From an uncultured Candidatus Saccharibacteria bacterium (lineage in GTDB: Bacteria > Patescibacteriota > UBA1384 > DTJR01): a stretch of DNA of 64,000 bases. This document shows, piece after piece, positions 17,618 to 27,166 of this stretch. Position 1 is the stretch's first letter; each line of letters begins with the position of its first letter. Made by a program: the position numbers and the translations under genes. The notes beneath the pieces are model-generated. The model was not told where the DNA came from, made no database searches, and saw only the letters and a program-made list of their open reading frames with translations. The stretch is from NCBI GenBank assembly GCA_964487045.1, contig CAZAOT010000002.1, forward strand, positions 53,305 to 117,304. Direction: 5' to 3'.

Positions 17618-20409
17618 CAACACAATCCGAATTACAACTTGAAAATACATTAGTCGAGCAAATGCAGCGGTTGGGGTTTGAGTCGATTACAATCGATGGC
17701 GTTGATGCATTGGTTGCAAATCTCAAAACTCAACTCGAAAAATTTAATCAAATAAAATTTTCCGATGCAGAGTTTGCGCAAATTTTGAATCATTTAAACA
17801 AAGGCGATCGATTCCAGAAAGCAAAGACTCTGCGCGACCGATTTATCGTTCGCCGAGATGATGGTGAGACATCGTTCATTCGATTCTTTAATATGGATCA
17901 GTGGTGCAAAAATGAGTACCAAGTTGCAAGGCAGATCACGCAAATTGGCAAATATGAAAACCGCTATGATGTAACTCTTTTGATCAATGGCTTGCCTTTA
18001 GTGCAGATTGAGCTAAAGCGCCGTGGAATGGAAATGAAAGAAGCGTTTAATCAAATCCAACGCTACCACAAACACTCGTTTACTGGAACATTATTTGAGT
18101 ATGTTCAGATTTTTGTTATCTCAAATGGCGTTAACACTAAATACTTTTCAAATAACCCAAACCAATCGTTCGAACAAACTTTTTTTTGGACCGATGAGAA
18201 GAATGAGAAGATAACTAGACTGGAAGATTTTGCCAAGTTATTTCTAGAAAAGTGTGCGGTATCCAAATTCATTGCCGAGTACATTGTACTCGCCGAATAC
18301 CATAAAATCCCATTGGTTTTGCGACCGTATCAGTACTACGCAGTAAAAGAAATTGAATCGCGAGTTAAGGAATCAAACAAAAACGGTTACATCTGGCATA
18401 CCACCGGCTCGGGGAAGACTTTGACATCATTTAAAGCCAGCCAAGTACTCTCAGGAATTCCAGAGGTAAAGAAAGTTTTGTTCGTAGTTGACCGCAAGGA
18501 TTTAGATATTCAAACGACCAAGGAATTCAATTCATTTTCCGACGGCTCGGTGGACGGAACCGATAACACTCGGCATTTAGTTAGCCAGCTAGAGGATAAA
18601 AACCGCAAGCTAATCGTTACAACGGTTCAGAAACTTGATATTGCCATTGGCCGAGAAAGTTATTTGAAAAAGCTGGAATATTTGAAAGATGAAAAAGTAG
18701 TTATCATTTTTGACGAATGTCACAGAGGTCAGTTCGGTCAGACGCATGCGAGAATTAAATCATTTTTTAAGCGCGCGCAACTTTTTGGTTTTACTGGCAC
18801 GCCGATTTTTGCTGAAAATAATGTTGGCGGAGTAACAACGGCCGATGTTTTCGATGAATGCTTGCATCGCTACATCATTACCAATGCGATTTCTGATAAT
18901 AATGTTCTGGGGTTTGCGGTTGAGTATGTAGGCAAATACAAACAAAAGGATAGCGATGTGGTTGATAAAGATATTTTTGCAGATAGTATGGTGGAGGGAA
19001 TAAATACTCGGGAAGTTTTGGAAAGTGATGCGCGGGTTGAAAAGATTGCGGAATATGTGTTGCAAGACTGGAAGCGAAAGACCAAAAATGGAAAGTTCAA
19101 TGCATTCTTTGCAGTTTCGAGTATTGAGATATTAAAGAAATACTACAAGATTTTATCTGCCAAGAAGCCAGATGATTTTAAGATTGCTACAATTTTTACA
19201 TATCAGGCCAACGAAGATGAAGTCATTGATTTGGACGTTGACGCATTTCCAGAGGAGGGCGAACCGGTCAATCAGCATTCGCGCGATTTCTTGGAGAGCT
19301 GTATTAAAGATTACAATGCATTATATTCGACTAACTTTTCAACTGACCGATTTTATGACTATTACCGAGATTTGCAGCAAAGAATTAAAAAGCGAGAAGT
19401 TGATTTAGTTTTGGTCGTAAATATCTTTTTGACTGGTTTTTATAGCCCTCGCTTAAATACTCTATATGTCGATAAAAACTTACGCTATCACGGGCTGATT
19501 CAGGCATATTCGCGAACAAATCGTTTGCTTGATTCCGATAAGCCGCATGGCAATATTGTTTCGTTTAGGAATTTGAAAGAAGCGACAGATAAGGCGCTGG
19601 CACTTTATGGCGACGAGAATGCAAAAGAAATTGTTTTCAAAAAGCCGTACAAGCAACAGAAAAAGGAATTTGAAGTAAAGCTTGTTGGACTCCGGGAGAA
19701 GGTGCCGACCGTTGAGTCGGTTGATGGACTAAAAAGCGAGGATGAGTTAGCTGAATTCGTTAAATCGTTTCGTGATCTACTTAGAGTTAAATCGTCGCTG
19801 GAGACATTTGCCGAATTTTCATTTGCTGATTTAGGTATTTCTGAACAAGAATTTTATGATTATCAAAGTAAATATTTGGATATATATGACGAAAGAAAAG
19901 AACATGGGCAAGGGCCTGAATTGATTCTTGATCAAATTGATTTTGAGTTAGAACTGACAATTAGAGATGTGATCAATTATGACTATATAATTATGCTGAT
20001 TGCTGGACTAAAGAATATAACTTCGGATCGATTGAGAGAAAAGAAGGCTGAGGATATTTTGCGAATGTTTGATCGAGATGTAAAGCTCAGAAAAAAGAAG
20101 GATCTAATAAAGAAATTCATTGAAGAAAATTTGCCAAAGATCGACAAGGCAGAGAGCGTTGAGAAAGCGTTTGGTGAATTTTGGGCAAACGAAAGATCGA
20201 AGGTTTTGCGAGATTTGGCAAGCGAAGAAAATATTCCGGTTGAAAATATCGAGGAGTTGGTAGGTGAATACTTATATACACAAAAATTACCGAAAGATCA
20301 GGAAGTTGCCGACATTCTGCCAGCAGGAACTAAGTTCTTAAAGCAGCAAGGCCTGATTGATCGAATTAAAGGTGTGATTGAGAAAATTGTAGATGTGTTT
20401 GAGTGGTAA
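17614..20409 (+). CDS. hsdR: Type I RM restriction endonuclease subunit
   Basis: RYDVTLLINGLPLVQIELK nuclease motif, HTTGSGKT, DECHR, FTGTP and QAYSRTNR. Confidence 0.95.
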   Translation: MTTQSELQLENTLVEQMQRLGFESITIDGVDALVANLKTQLEKFNQIKFSDAEFAQILNHLNKGDRFQKAKTLRDRFIVRRDDGETSFIRFFNMDQWCKNEYQVARQITQIGKYENRYDVTLLINGLPLVQIELKRRGMEMKEAFNQIQRYHKHSFTGTLFEYVQIFVISNGVNTKYFSNNPNQSFEQTFFWTDEKNEKITRLEDFAKLFLEKCAVSKFIAEYIVLAEYHKIPLVLRPYQYYAVKEIESRVKESNKNGYIWHTTGSGKTLTSFKASQVLSGIPEVKKVLFVVDRKDLDIQTTKEFNSFSDGSVDGTDNTRHLVSQLEDKNRKLIVTTVQKLDIAIGRESYLKKLEYLKDEKVVIIFDECHRGQFGQTHARIKSFFKRAQLFGFTGTPIFAENNVGGVTTADVFDECLHRYIITNAISDNNVLGFAVEYVGKYKQKDSDVVDKDIFADSMVEGINTREVLESDARVEKIAEYVLQDWKRKTKNGKFNAFFAVSSIEILKKYYKILSAKKPDDFKIATIFTYQANEDEVIDLDVDAFPEEGEPVNQHSRDFLESCIKDYNALYSTNFSTDRFYDYYRDLQQRIKKREVDLVLVVNIFLTGFYSPRLNTLYVDKNLRYHGLIQAYSRTNRLLDSDKPHGNIVSFRNLKEATDKALALYGDENAKEIVFKKPYKQQKKEFEVKLVGLREKVPTVESVDGLKSEDELAEFVKSFRDLLRVKSSLETFAEFSFADLGISEQEFYDYQSKYLDIYDERKEHGQGPELILDQIDFELELTIRDVINYDYIIMLIAGLKNITSDRLREKKAEDILRMFDRDVKLRKKKDLIKKFIEENLPKIDKAESVEKAFGEFWANERSKVLRDLASEENIPVENIEELVGEYLYTQKLPKDQEVADILPAGTKFLKQQGLIDRIKGVIEKIVDVFEW

Positions 20410-20484
20410 GAGCTCGTCGCTTGCGACACCGATATCGAAAGTCGATCCTTATAAAAGCTTAGGACAAGTTTTTTACATGAGATA

Positions 20485-20712
20485 AGGCGAAAAGTGCGAG
20501 CACTTGAGCCTATAAAAAATATCACGCTCTCCGAAGTTGAAAGCTGGAACTGATTATCTTGGCAAACTTGCCCAAGAATGAATTCCAGAAGGTTCAACAA
20601 GGAGAGCTTCATCAAGGGCGTTGCGAGGGTCAGGAAATCGTTAAAAACCTAGGGAACACACCGAAAGTGTGCCCTGGGTTGTTAATATTAGCCGCGAGCT
20701 TTAGCTCGCCAA
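20485..20712 (+). repeat. Structured repeat family A, copy 2
   Basis: Direct repeat of 616-843. Confidence 0.9.
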
Positions 20713-20739
20713 AAAATAATTTATATTATCTGCGAATTA

Positions 20740-21915
20740 TTATTCGCCCGAAACAGCTTTCTCAATAACCCCCAAAGTCCTCTTTGCCGCATCCTCCCAA
20801 TCAAACAGCTCTAATCTCTTTTTTCCATTTGTGATAAGTTCACCTCTAACCTTTTCATCCGTCAAAGCAGTGTAGAGCATTTCAGCAAGCTCCTTCTCAT
20901 CTTCTGTCTTATGAAGCAGGGCGGCTTTGCCTGTAATTTCCGGAATCGAAGTACAATCTGACGCGACTATCGGAATCTCGCAAGCCATTGCTTCTACAAG
21001 TGGCATACCAAATCCTTCGAATTTGGAAGGGAAGGCAAAGACTTTGGCAAAGCGCAGATAGTCAGCCATAATTTCATCCGGAATATATCCCGGCTCAATT
21101 ATGTCTTTTCGAATATTTTCATCAAGCTTATTTTTTTCACCTTCTATTTCTTCATATAAATACCCAGGTCGTCCGGCCAGCACTAGCTTTGTAGATAAAT
21201 CAGGGTGTTCACTTCGTAAAATTCCAAATGCTTTAATCAAGGTCTTAATATTTTTCTTAGCCTCGAGTCTGCCAATGAAATAGATATATTCACCAAGCTT
21301 CTTAATTGGTTCTGGAGCTTCACCTTTTTTCGCAGTGAACTTTTCCTTATCAAAACCATGATAGATAACGGTAATTTTTTTGGGATCAGCATTGTAGAAT
21401 TTGATAAGATCCTTCTTGGTTGCCTCAGAAATAGCGATAATCTCAGTCGCGTGCTTCACGGCGAAGCTCATTGACCAGTTATGGTAGAACCGTTCGAGTG
21501 GAGTATAGAGTTCGGGAAAATATCTAAATCCAACATCATGAAGAGTTGTGACAATTTTTTTAGGATGAAAAATCGGTATCGTGTGAGCAGGTTCAAATAG
21601 AACGTCGGGTTTATTTTGAATTAGCTCCCATGAAAGTCTGATCTGGCTCCATAGTTTTGGAAAAGGCATCACTTTATTTTCGGCATTATCTGATTTCGAT
21701 AAATAGCTAAGAGGAGTCTTGGAATAAAGTCTAAACAGTAGATCCTTCGACTTCCGGCCTCGCTCAATATCTCGGTCGGAACGCTCAGGATGACGCGACT
21801 GCGTCATTTTTACTAGATTTTTAATAATCTCTTGCGAGTAATATTCCGTCCCAGTTTTTTGCGCCACATTTGATCTTGATGCGTCGATACCTATAACAAA
21901 TTTTTTATTTTCCAT
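20740..21915 (-). CDS. GT4 family glycosyltransferase
   Basis: IGIDAS, TLHDVGF, IGRLEAKKN and FPSKFEGFGMPLVEAMAC. Confidence 0.92.
   Translation of the reverse strand: MENKKFVIGIDASRSNVAQKTGTEYYSQEIIKNLVKMTQSRHPERSDRDIERGRKSKDLLFRLYSKTPLSYLSKSDNAENKVMPFPKLWSQIRLSWELIQNKPDVLFEPAHTIPIFHPKKIVTTLHDVGFRYFPELYTPLERFYHNWSMSFAVKHATEIIAISEATKKDLIKFYNADPKKITVIYHGFDKEKFTAKKGEAPEPIKKLGEYIYFIGRLEAKKNIKTLIKAFGILRSEHPDLSTKLVLAGRPGYLYEEIEGEKNKLDENIRKDIIEPGYIPDEIMADYLRFAKVFAFPSKFEGFGMPLVEAMACEIPIVASDCTSIPEITGKAALLHKTEDEKELAEMLYTALTDEKVRGELITNGKKRLELFDWEDAAKRTLGVIEKAVSGE
21740..21794 (-). repeat. Palindromic element inserted in-frame in the glycosyltransferase
   Basis: GTCATCCTGAGCG...CGAAGGATCT encoding RHPERSDRDIERGRKSKD; intergenic relative at 42193-42246. 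Confidence 0.7.
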
Positions 21916-22029
21916 TTTTTATTTTTTATTGATTGACTTATTGGGATATTGATTATTGCTTACAGATATATTTTATACTTTAATTTCTCTATTCTCTATT
22001 CGCTATTCTCTATTCTTAGCGCTACTGCA

Positions 22030-23037
22030 CTATTTGCCCCTCCATGTAAATGATTCTAAGAAATCTTCAAAATTATCAACCGCAAGACCAATTCCTTTGA
22101 TCGCGACAAGATCTGGCTCATCTACAAGTTGGCAGGGGACTCCGGTCACCTTTGTCATTAATTCATCAAAATCATTTAGTTGCGAAGATCCTCCGCAAAT
22201 TACTATTCCTTTATCCATGACATCGCTTGATAATTCTGGCGGGGTTTTCTGAAGTACCTGCTTAACAGCAAGAATAATTTCATTCAAGACGGGTTTGAGC
22301 GCTGCAGAAATCTCATTGGTGTGAACCATAATCGATTCCGGTAATCCCGAAATCGTATTTGAGCCTGAAATTTCCATTTTGGCATCTTTTTTTTGGGCGA
22401 TTGCTGAACCAATTTTTTCTTTTAGTAGTTCAGCGCTTTGAGAGCCGATAATCAAATTTCTCTTCTTTCTTATAAAATCGATAATCGCTTGATCCATCTT
22501 GTTGCCGCCATAGCGAACAGATGAAAACGAAACGATATCGGATAGTGAGATGACGGCAACCTCCGTCTTTCCTCCGCCTACATCAATTATCATATTTCCA
22601 CTTGAACTCGATATATCGATTCCGGCACCGATCGCAGCCGCGAGAGGGGATTTGATCAAGTAAACTCTCTTCGCTCCAGCACTTTCGACCGCATCGAGAA
22701 CGGCTTTCTTCTCAGTAGAGGTCGCGCCAACTGGGCAATTGATAATGATGTCTGGCTTCACCAATCGCATTCGTCCGAGTATCCTCGAGAGGTAAATCTC
22801 AATCATTTGCTTAGTCGTTTTATAGCTTGCAATAACTCCGTCAGTCAGGGGACTTGAGGCGATAATTGCTTCTGGAGTTCGGCCAAGCATCGTTTTAGCC
22901 TCATTCCCAACTGCAACTGCTTTGTTTTTGACCACATTAACAGCTACAACATTAGGTTCGTCAATCATTATTCCCTTGCCAGGAATATAGAACCTAATAT
23001 TGCTTGTACCTAAATCTATGCCAATTCGTTTTATCAT
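22030..23037 (-). CDS. mreB: MreB/Mbl-like rod shape-determining protein
   Basis: IGIDLGTSN, PLAAAIGAG, DVGGGKTE and ICGGSS. Confidence 0.88.
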   Translation of the reverse strand: MIKRIGIDLGTSNIRFYIPGKGIMIDEPNVVAVNVVKNKAVAVGNEAKTMLGRTPEAIIASSPLTDGVIASYKTTKQMIEIYLSRILGRMRLVKPDIIINCPVGATSTEKKAVLDAVESAGAKRVYLIKSPLAAAIGAGIDISSSSGNMIIDVGGGKTEVAVISLSDIVSFSSVRYGGNKMDQAIIDFIRKKRNLIIGSQSAELLKEKIGSAIAQKKDAKMEISGSNTISGLPESIMVHTNEISAALKPVLNEIILAVKQVLQKTPPELSSDVMDKGIVICGGSSQLNDFDELMTKVTGVPCQLVDEPDLVAIKGIGLAVDNFEDFLESFTWRGK

Positions 23038-24281
23038 TTTCTTACAATTTCAGCGCCAAGAAGGCTTAATTTTTCTACAAGATCCTCATAACCTCGATCT
23101 ATAATCTCACTGTTATTAATAATCGATTTGCCCTGCGCCATTAGCGAAGCTAATACTAAGGTAATACCACTTCGCAAGTCAAGCGAAACTATTCTTGCAC
23201 CACTTAGTTTTACTGGCCCTGCAATGCTAGCAGTATTTCCGGTAACTTTCGCTTTTAGGCCCATCTTCTCTAGCTCATTGATGTAGGCGAGACGATTTTC
23301 AAACATCGTCTCCTTAATAATAGATTCACCATCGGCGAGGGCTGCGATTAAACTCATCGGCGACTGCATATCGGTTGGAAACCCGGGGTATGGAGCAGTC
23401 TCTATCTTAAATGGCTTATAGGTGCCATTTGATTCTACCTTTACTTCATTTTCGCTAAAAGTAAATTTTGCTCCACACTGCTTGAGAAGCTGAAGCGGCT
23501 CTTTCATCGCAAAAGCCGGGAAGTTCTTGATTGTTCCTTCTCCTCCAGTAACTAAAAAGCCAACTAGATAGGAAAATGCCTCAATTCGGTCGGGCATTAT
23601 TTCAATTTCATCAAGTGATAATTCGGATGAGCCAGTAATGACAATCGTTCGGTCACCAGCAAGATCAATTTCAGCCCCAGCTTTTTTAAGCACTTCGCAC
23701 AGAGCCATTATCTCTGGCTCGATCGCACAATTTTCGATCGTAAAGGTCTCTTCAAAGTTAGCAGTGAAAAGCAAAATGTTTTCCGTCGCTGTTACACTTG
23801 GCTCAAATAACCTGATTTTATTTGAAGTAAATTCTTCATGAGTTATCTCATATCTTTCGCCTTCGCATTTGACTTTTGCCCCAAGCGCCTTGAATGCTTC
23901 GAGGTGGGAGTCAATTGGTCTTTGGCCTATAGCGCATCCACCAGGGAAGGGGACGATGACTTTTTTGTATCTTGCAAGGATCGGTCCAAGATAGACTATA
24001 GAAGCTCGCAGCTTGGTTGCTAGACCGTTTTTAAGCTGGTTCTTAGTAGCACTTGTGCCATCAAGAGTTAGAATATTATCTTTAAAATTATATTTTCCGC
24101 CCAAATCTTCAAAAATCTCGAGTTGTTTACGAATATCAGCAATGTCCGGAACATTGCGTACGACAAACTTTTTCTGAATGAGTATCGCAAGCGGAATTAT
24201 CTTGAGCGCTTCGTTTTTAGCACCACTAACCGAAATAGTACCATTTAGTTTTTTACCGCCAATTACTTCAAATCTTCCCAT
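23034..24281 (-). CDS. murA: UDP-N-acetylglucosamine 1-carboxyvinyltransferase
   Basis: SGAKN, LRAS, PGGCAIGQRPID, PGFPTDMQ, DLRSG and IDRGYE. Confidence 0.96.
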   Translation of the reverse strand: MGRFEVIGGKKLNGTISVSGAKNEALKIIPLAILIQKKFVVRNVPDIADIRKQLEIFEDLGGKYNFKDNILTLDGTSATKNQLKNGLATKLRASIVYLGPILARYKKVIVPFPGGCAIGQRPIDSHLEAFKALGAKVKCEGERYEITHEEFTSNKIRLFEPSVTATENILLFTANFEETFTIENCAIEPEIMALCEVLKKAGAEIDLAGDRTIVITGSSELSLDEIEIMPDRIEAFSYLVGFLVTGGEGTIKNFPAFAMKEPLQLLKQCGAKFTFSENEVKVESNGTYKPFKIETAPYPGFPTDMQSPMSLIAALADGESIIKETMFENRLAYINELEKMGLKAKVTGNTASIAGPVKLSGARIVSLDLRSGITLVLASLMAQGKSIINNSEIIDRGYEDLVEKLSLLGAEIVRK

Positions 24282-24327
24282 ATAGACTCCATTCTAGTAT
24301 AATAAACTTCAATATAGAAGAATTATT

Positions 24328-24984
24328 ATGAAATCAAATTATTATCTTATAGCAATTATAGCCTTTTTTGTAAGCGCTTTTTTTATAATTACTTATGCTT
24401 CAGGATATAAGGTTGATATAACCAACCGAAATATTTCCCAAACATCAATGATTGTAATCGATGCTGACCAAGAATCAACCGTTTTGCTTGATTCGATCAT
24501 TATCGGGAAAGGTAAGCAGACGATCAGAAACCTCGTACCTAAAAGTTATTCATTAACCGTAGAGCGTGAAGGTTACCATACTTGGACCAAAAATCTAGAG
24601 CTAGAACCAGGAGAAGCTGAAATAATCAACTACGCGATATTATTTAAAAACTCTCCTGAGATAGAGGAGTATAAAGTAGACCAGAGCGACTTTTTCACTA
24701 AACTAGCTGATAAAGACGGTATCAGGGTTACGAACAACGAAATTTATCAAAATGATAACTTTGTCACCAGGTTTTCAAACGATGTCAAGGGAGTGGTTTG
24801 GTACTCCGACAGAAGGTATATTGCCTACACATATGACAAAAAGTTAAAAATTACAGAGATTGACGGTGAAAATGAGACCACTCTTCTTGATAAAGATTCA
24901 GATTCACCAGCAATTTTTCTAAACTCGGGCAAATATGTAATTTATGAAAATAACTCTAAAATATATCGCGCTAAACTAAGATGA
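24328..24984 (+). CDS. PEGA-domain membrane-anchored protein
   Basis: N-terminal TM + YASGY; LVPKSYSLTVEREGYHTW PEGA-like segment. Confidence 0.7.
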   Translation: MKSNYYLIAIIAFFVSAFFIITYASGYKVDITNRNISQTSMIVIDADQESTVLLDSIIIGKGKQTIRNLVPKSYSLTVEREGYHTWTKNLELEPGEAEIINYAILFKNSPEIEEYKVDQSDFFTKLADKDGIRVTNNEIYQNDNFVTRFSNDVKGVVWYSDRRYIAYTYDKKLKITEIDGENETTLLDKDSDSPAIFLNSGKYVIYENNSKIYRAKLR

Positions 24985-25715
24985 AAAAACTAGATATTCT
25001 TGGTGTAGAGATAGACGAGATAAGTAAGTCAGACTTAATCAGCTCTATTCGAAGCCATCTTCAGAAAAAAGAAAAATGTTTGATCTTTACGGTCAACAAC
25101 GAGTTTATTGTAGAAGCTCAGTCAAATGATCATTTTAGGCAAACCCTAAATAAGTCTACTTTCTCAATTGCAGATTCCTCTGGAGTAGTTTGGGCAGCAA
25201 AGAGACTTTATGGAAAGAATATTGAGCGTATCCCTGGGGCAGATCTCTTTATCGATTTAGTAGAAATTTCAAAAGAAGGCTATGGGATATTTCTTCTTGG
25301 CGGCCAAAAAGATGTGGGCAAGAAGGCTAAGGAAGAACTAGAGAAGAATTTTCCTGGAGTAAATATCGTTGGATATCTTGATGGAATTGAAATATCTGAA
25401 AACCAAGATGATGAATTAATCGCTAAAATTAACGATGCCAAGCCTGATATCGTTTGCGTCGCACTAGGAGCGCCAAAGCAAGAAATTTGGATTGAAAATA
25501 ATTATAAGAAGCTAAGCGCTAACGTATTTATTGGAATAGGTGGAACTCTTGATTATACTTCTGGCAAAATCAAAAGGGCACCAGCCATTTTCCGAAAACT
25601 ATCGCTAGAATGGCTTTATAGATTGATGCGCCAACCAAGCAGATATCCTAGGATAAAAAAGGCCTTGATAGACTTTCCTGCCTTGGTCAGAAATAAGGGA
25701 AAAGCACTTGACTAA
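24981..25715 (+). CDS. WecB/TagA/CpsF glycosyltransferase
   Basis: ADSSGVVWA, RIPGADL, ALGAPKQE, GIGGTLD and LEWLYRL. Confidence 0.92.
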   Translation: MKKLDILGVEIDEISKSDLISSIRSHLQKKEKCLIFTVNNEFIVEAQSNDHFRQTLNKSTFSIADSSGVVWAAKRLYGKNIERIPGADLFIDLVEISKEGYGIFLLGGQKDVGKKAKEELEKNFPGVNIVGYLDGIEISENQDDELIAKINDAKPDIVCVALGAPKQEIWIENNYKKLSANVFIGIGGTLDYTSGKIKRAPAIFRKLSLEWLYRLMRQPSRYPRIKKALIDFPALVRNKGKALD

Positions 25716-25791
25716 AGTGACAATTTAGGATTTAATTATATTAAAGCGGCTATAGCCGCTTATATTTATACCCAAATTACAAATTATAAAT

Positions 25792-25936
25792 TAATTGTCC
25801 CAGTCACTTTTCACCCTCTCGCAATAAACAAAGCTAAGAAATTTGCGAACCTGCCTACCGGCAGGCAGGTAGGGATCAAAGTGACGGGACTTCCGGAATT
25901 GCTTCCTGCCTTGGAGCGCAATTCACGGAGCGGAGG
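25792..25936 (+). promoter_or_regulatory. Structured 5' leader element family B, copy 2 (nusA leader)
   Basis: Two-hairpin element abutting the GGAGG RBS; contains palindrome CCTGCCTACCGGCAGGCAGG. Confidence 0.7.
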
Positions 25937-25940
25937 CAAA

Positions 25941-27116
25941 ATGCAAATAGCAGAGTTTCTATCAGCAATCAAAATGTTATCAGACGAAAAGGGTCTGCCC
26001 GAAGCAGTAGTTCTTGAAGCTGTCGAATCAGCTCTCGCCGCTGCATATCGAAAAGACTTTGGTAAACCTGGTCAAATTATTAAAATTGTCCTTAATCCTC
26101 AGACAAACACGATGAAAGTTTGGCAAGTTTACAATATTCTTGCCAAGGACGAAGAAAAAACAAATCCAGAAGCTCAATTCACTCTTGACGAAGCCAAGAA
26201 ATTCAATAAAAAAGCCGAAGAGGGTGGAGAGATCGAGATTCCGCTCGAGGTTAAATATGACTTTGGACGAGTTGCTGCTCAGACCGCCAAGCAAGTTATT
26301 ATCCAGAAGCTAAGAGAAGCAGAAAGAGAAGTTCTCTACGAAGAATTCAAGAGCAAAGAAAAGAAAATTGTTAATGGTACCGTACAGAGAGTCGAAGGTC
26401 AAAATGTAATTGTCGACCTAGGCAAAATCAACGGAATCATGCTTACTTCAGATCAAATTCCTGGTGAAAGATATTACACCGGTCAGAAGATAAAAGTTTA
26501 CGTTAAAGAAGTCGAAGAGACCGTCAAGGGACCAAGAATTCTCGTTTCACGAGCCGATGCCGATTTTGTAAAGGGATTATTCCTACAAGAAGTTCCTGAA
26601 ATCGAACAAGGTTCTATCGAAATTGTTGAAATCTCGAGAGAAGCTGGATCACGAACTAAGGTTGCAGTCCGATCCAACGACGAGAACCTTGATCCAGTTG
26701 GGTCCGTAGTCGGACAGCGTGGCACAAGAGTCCAGTCAGTTCTAAGTGAACTAGCCGGAGAGAAGATTGATATCATCTTGTTTGATGATGACTTAGAAAC
26801 ATTGATTAAAAATGCTATGTCACCAGCCACAATCGACAAGATTAAATTCGACAAGAAAAACAAAATTGCTAAAATCTGGGTGCCAGAAGATCAGCTATCA
26901 TTGGCAATCGGAAAGAGCGGACAGAATGTCCGACTAGCCAGTAAATTAGTTGGCTGGGAGCTAGATATTGTCAAAGATTCTGAAAAACCAAAGGAAAAGA
27001 ATAGAGAAGAGGGAATAGAGAATAGCGAGTCCAACTCCGCTGACGCTTCGCTGGACAAGGAAGAAAAAGAAACTATCGAAGAAGTAACCGAAGAAAAAAC
27101 CGAAGAAGAAAAATAG
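25941..27116 (+). CDS. nusA: Transcription termination/antitermination factor NusA
   Basis: FGRVAAQTAKQVIIQKLREAERE, S1 and KH domains, LSLAIGKSGQNVRLASKL; acidic tail. Confidence 0.96.
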   Translation: MQIAEFLSAIKMLSDEKGLPEAVVLEAVESALAAAYRKDFGKPGQIIKIVLNPQTNTMKVWQVYNILAKDEEKTNPEAQFTLDEAKKFNKKAEEGGEIEIPLEVKYDFGRVAAQTAKQVIIQKLREAEREVLYEEFKSKEKKIVNGTVQRVEGQNVIVDLGKINGIMLTSDQIPGERYYTGQKIKVYVKEVEETVKGPRILVSRADADFVKGLFLQEVPEIEQGSIEIVEISREAGSRTKVAVRSNDENLDPVGSVVGQRGTRVQSVLSELAGEKIDIILFDDDLETLIKNAMSPATIDKIKFDKKNKIAKIWVPEDQLSLAIGKSGQNVRLASKLVGWELDIVKDSEKPKEKNREEGIENSESNSADASLDKEEKETIEEVTEEKTEEEK

Positions 27117-27166
27117 AACAAACTAGCATGGGGGAGGAAAGAACATAAGCAAGAGGTGGATGACAT

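Noticed and set aside
616-20712. Repeats as a CRISPR array, IS ends or integron attC sites
   Set aside because: No regular repeat-spacer periodicity, no cas, transposase or integrase gene, no terminal inverted repeats with TSD, and no clear RYYYAAC/GTTRRRY ends.
20559-20768. 69-aa ORF, plus 20298-20615 on the minus strand
   Set aside because: Both overlap structured repeat copy 2 and adjacent real genes; no RBS or recognisable motif.
25881-25940. Upstream GTG/TTG extensions in the ORF track (nusA here; likewise 866, 12888, 14942, 16439, 32289, 42870, 45801, and the ATG at 49468)
   Set aside because: Downstream ATGs fit the RBS, gene coupling or family N-termini better; several extensions run through structured leaders or upstream genes.
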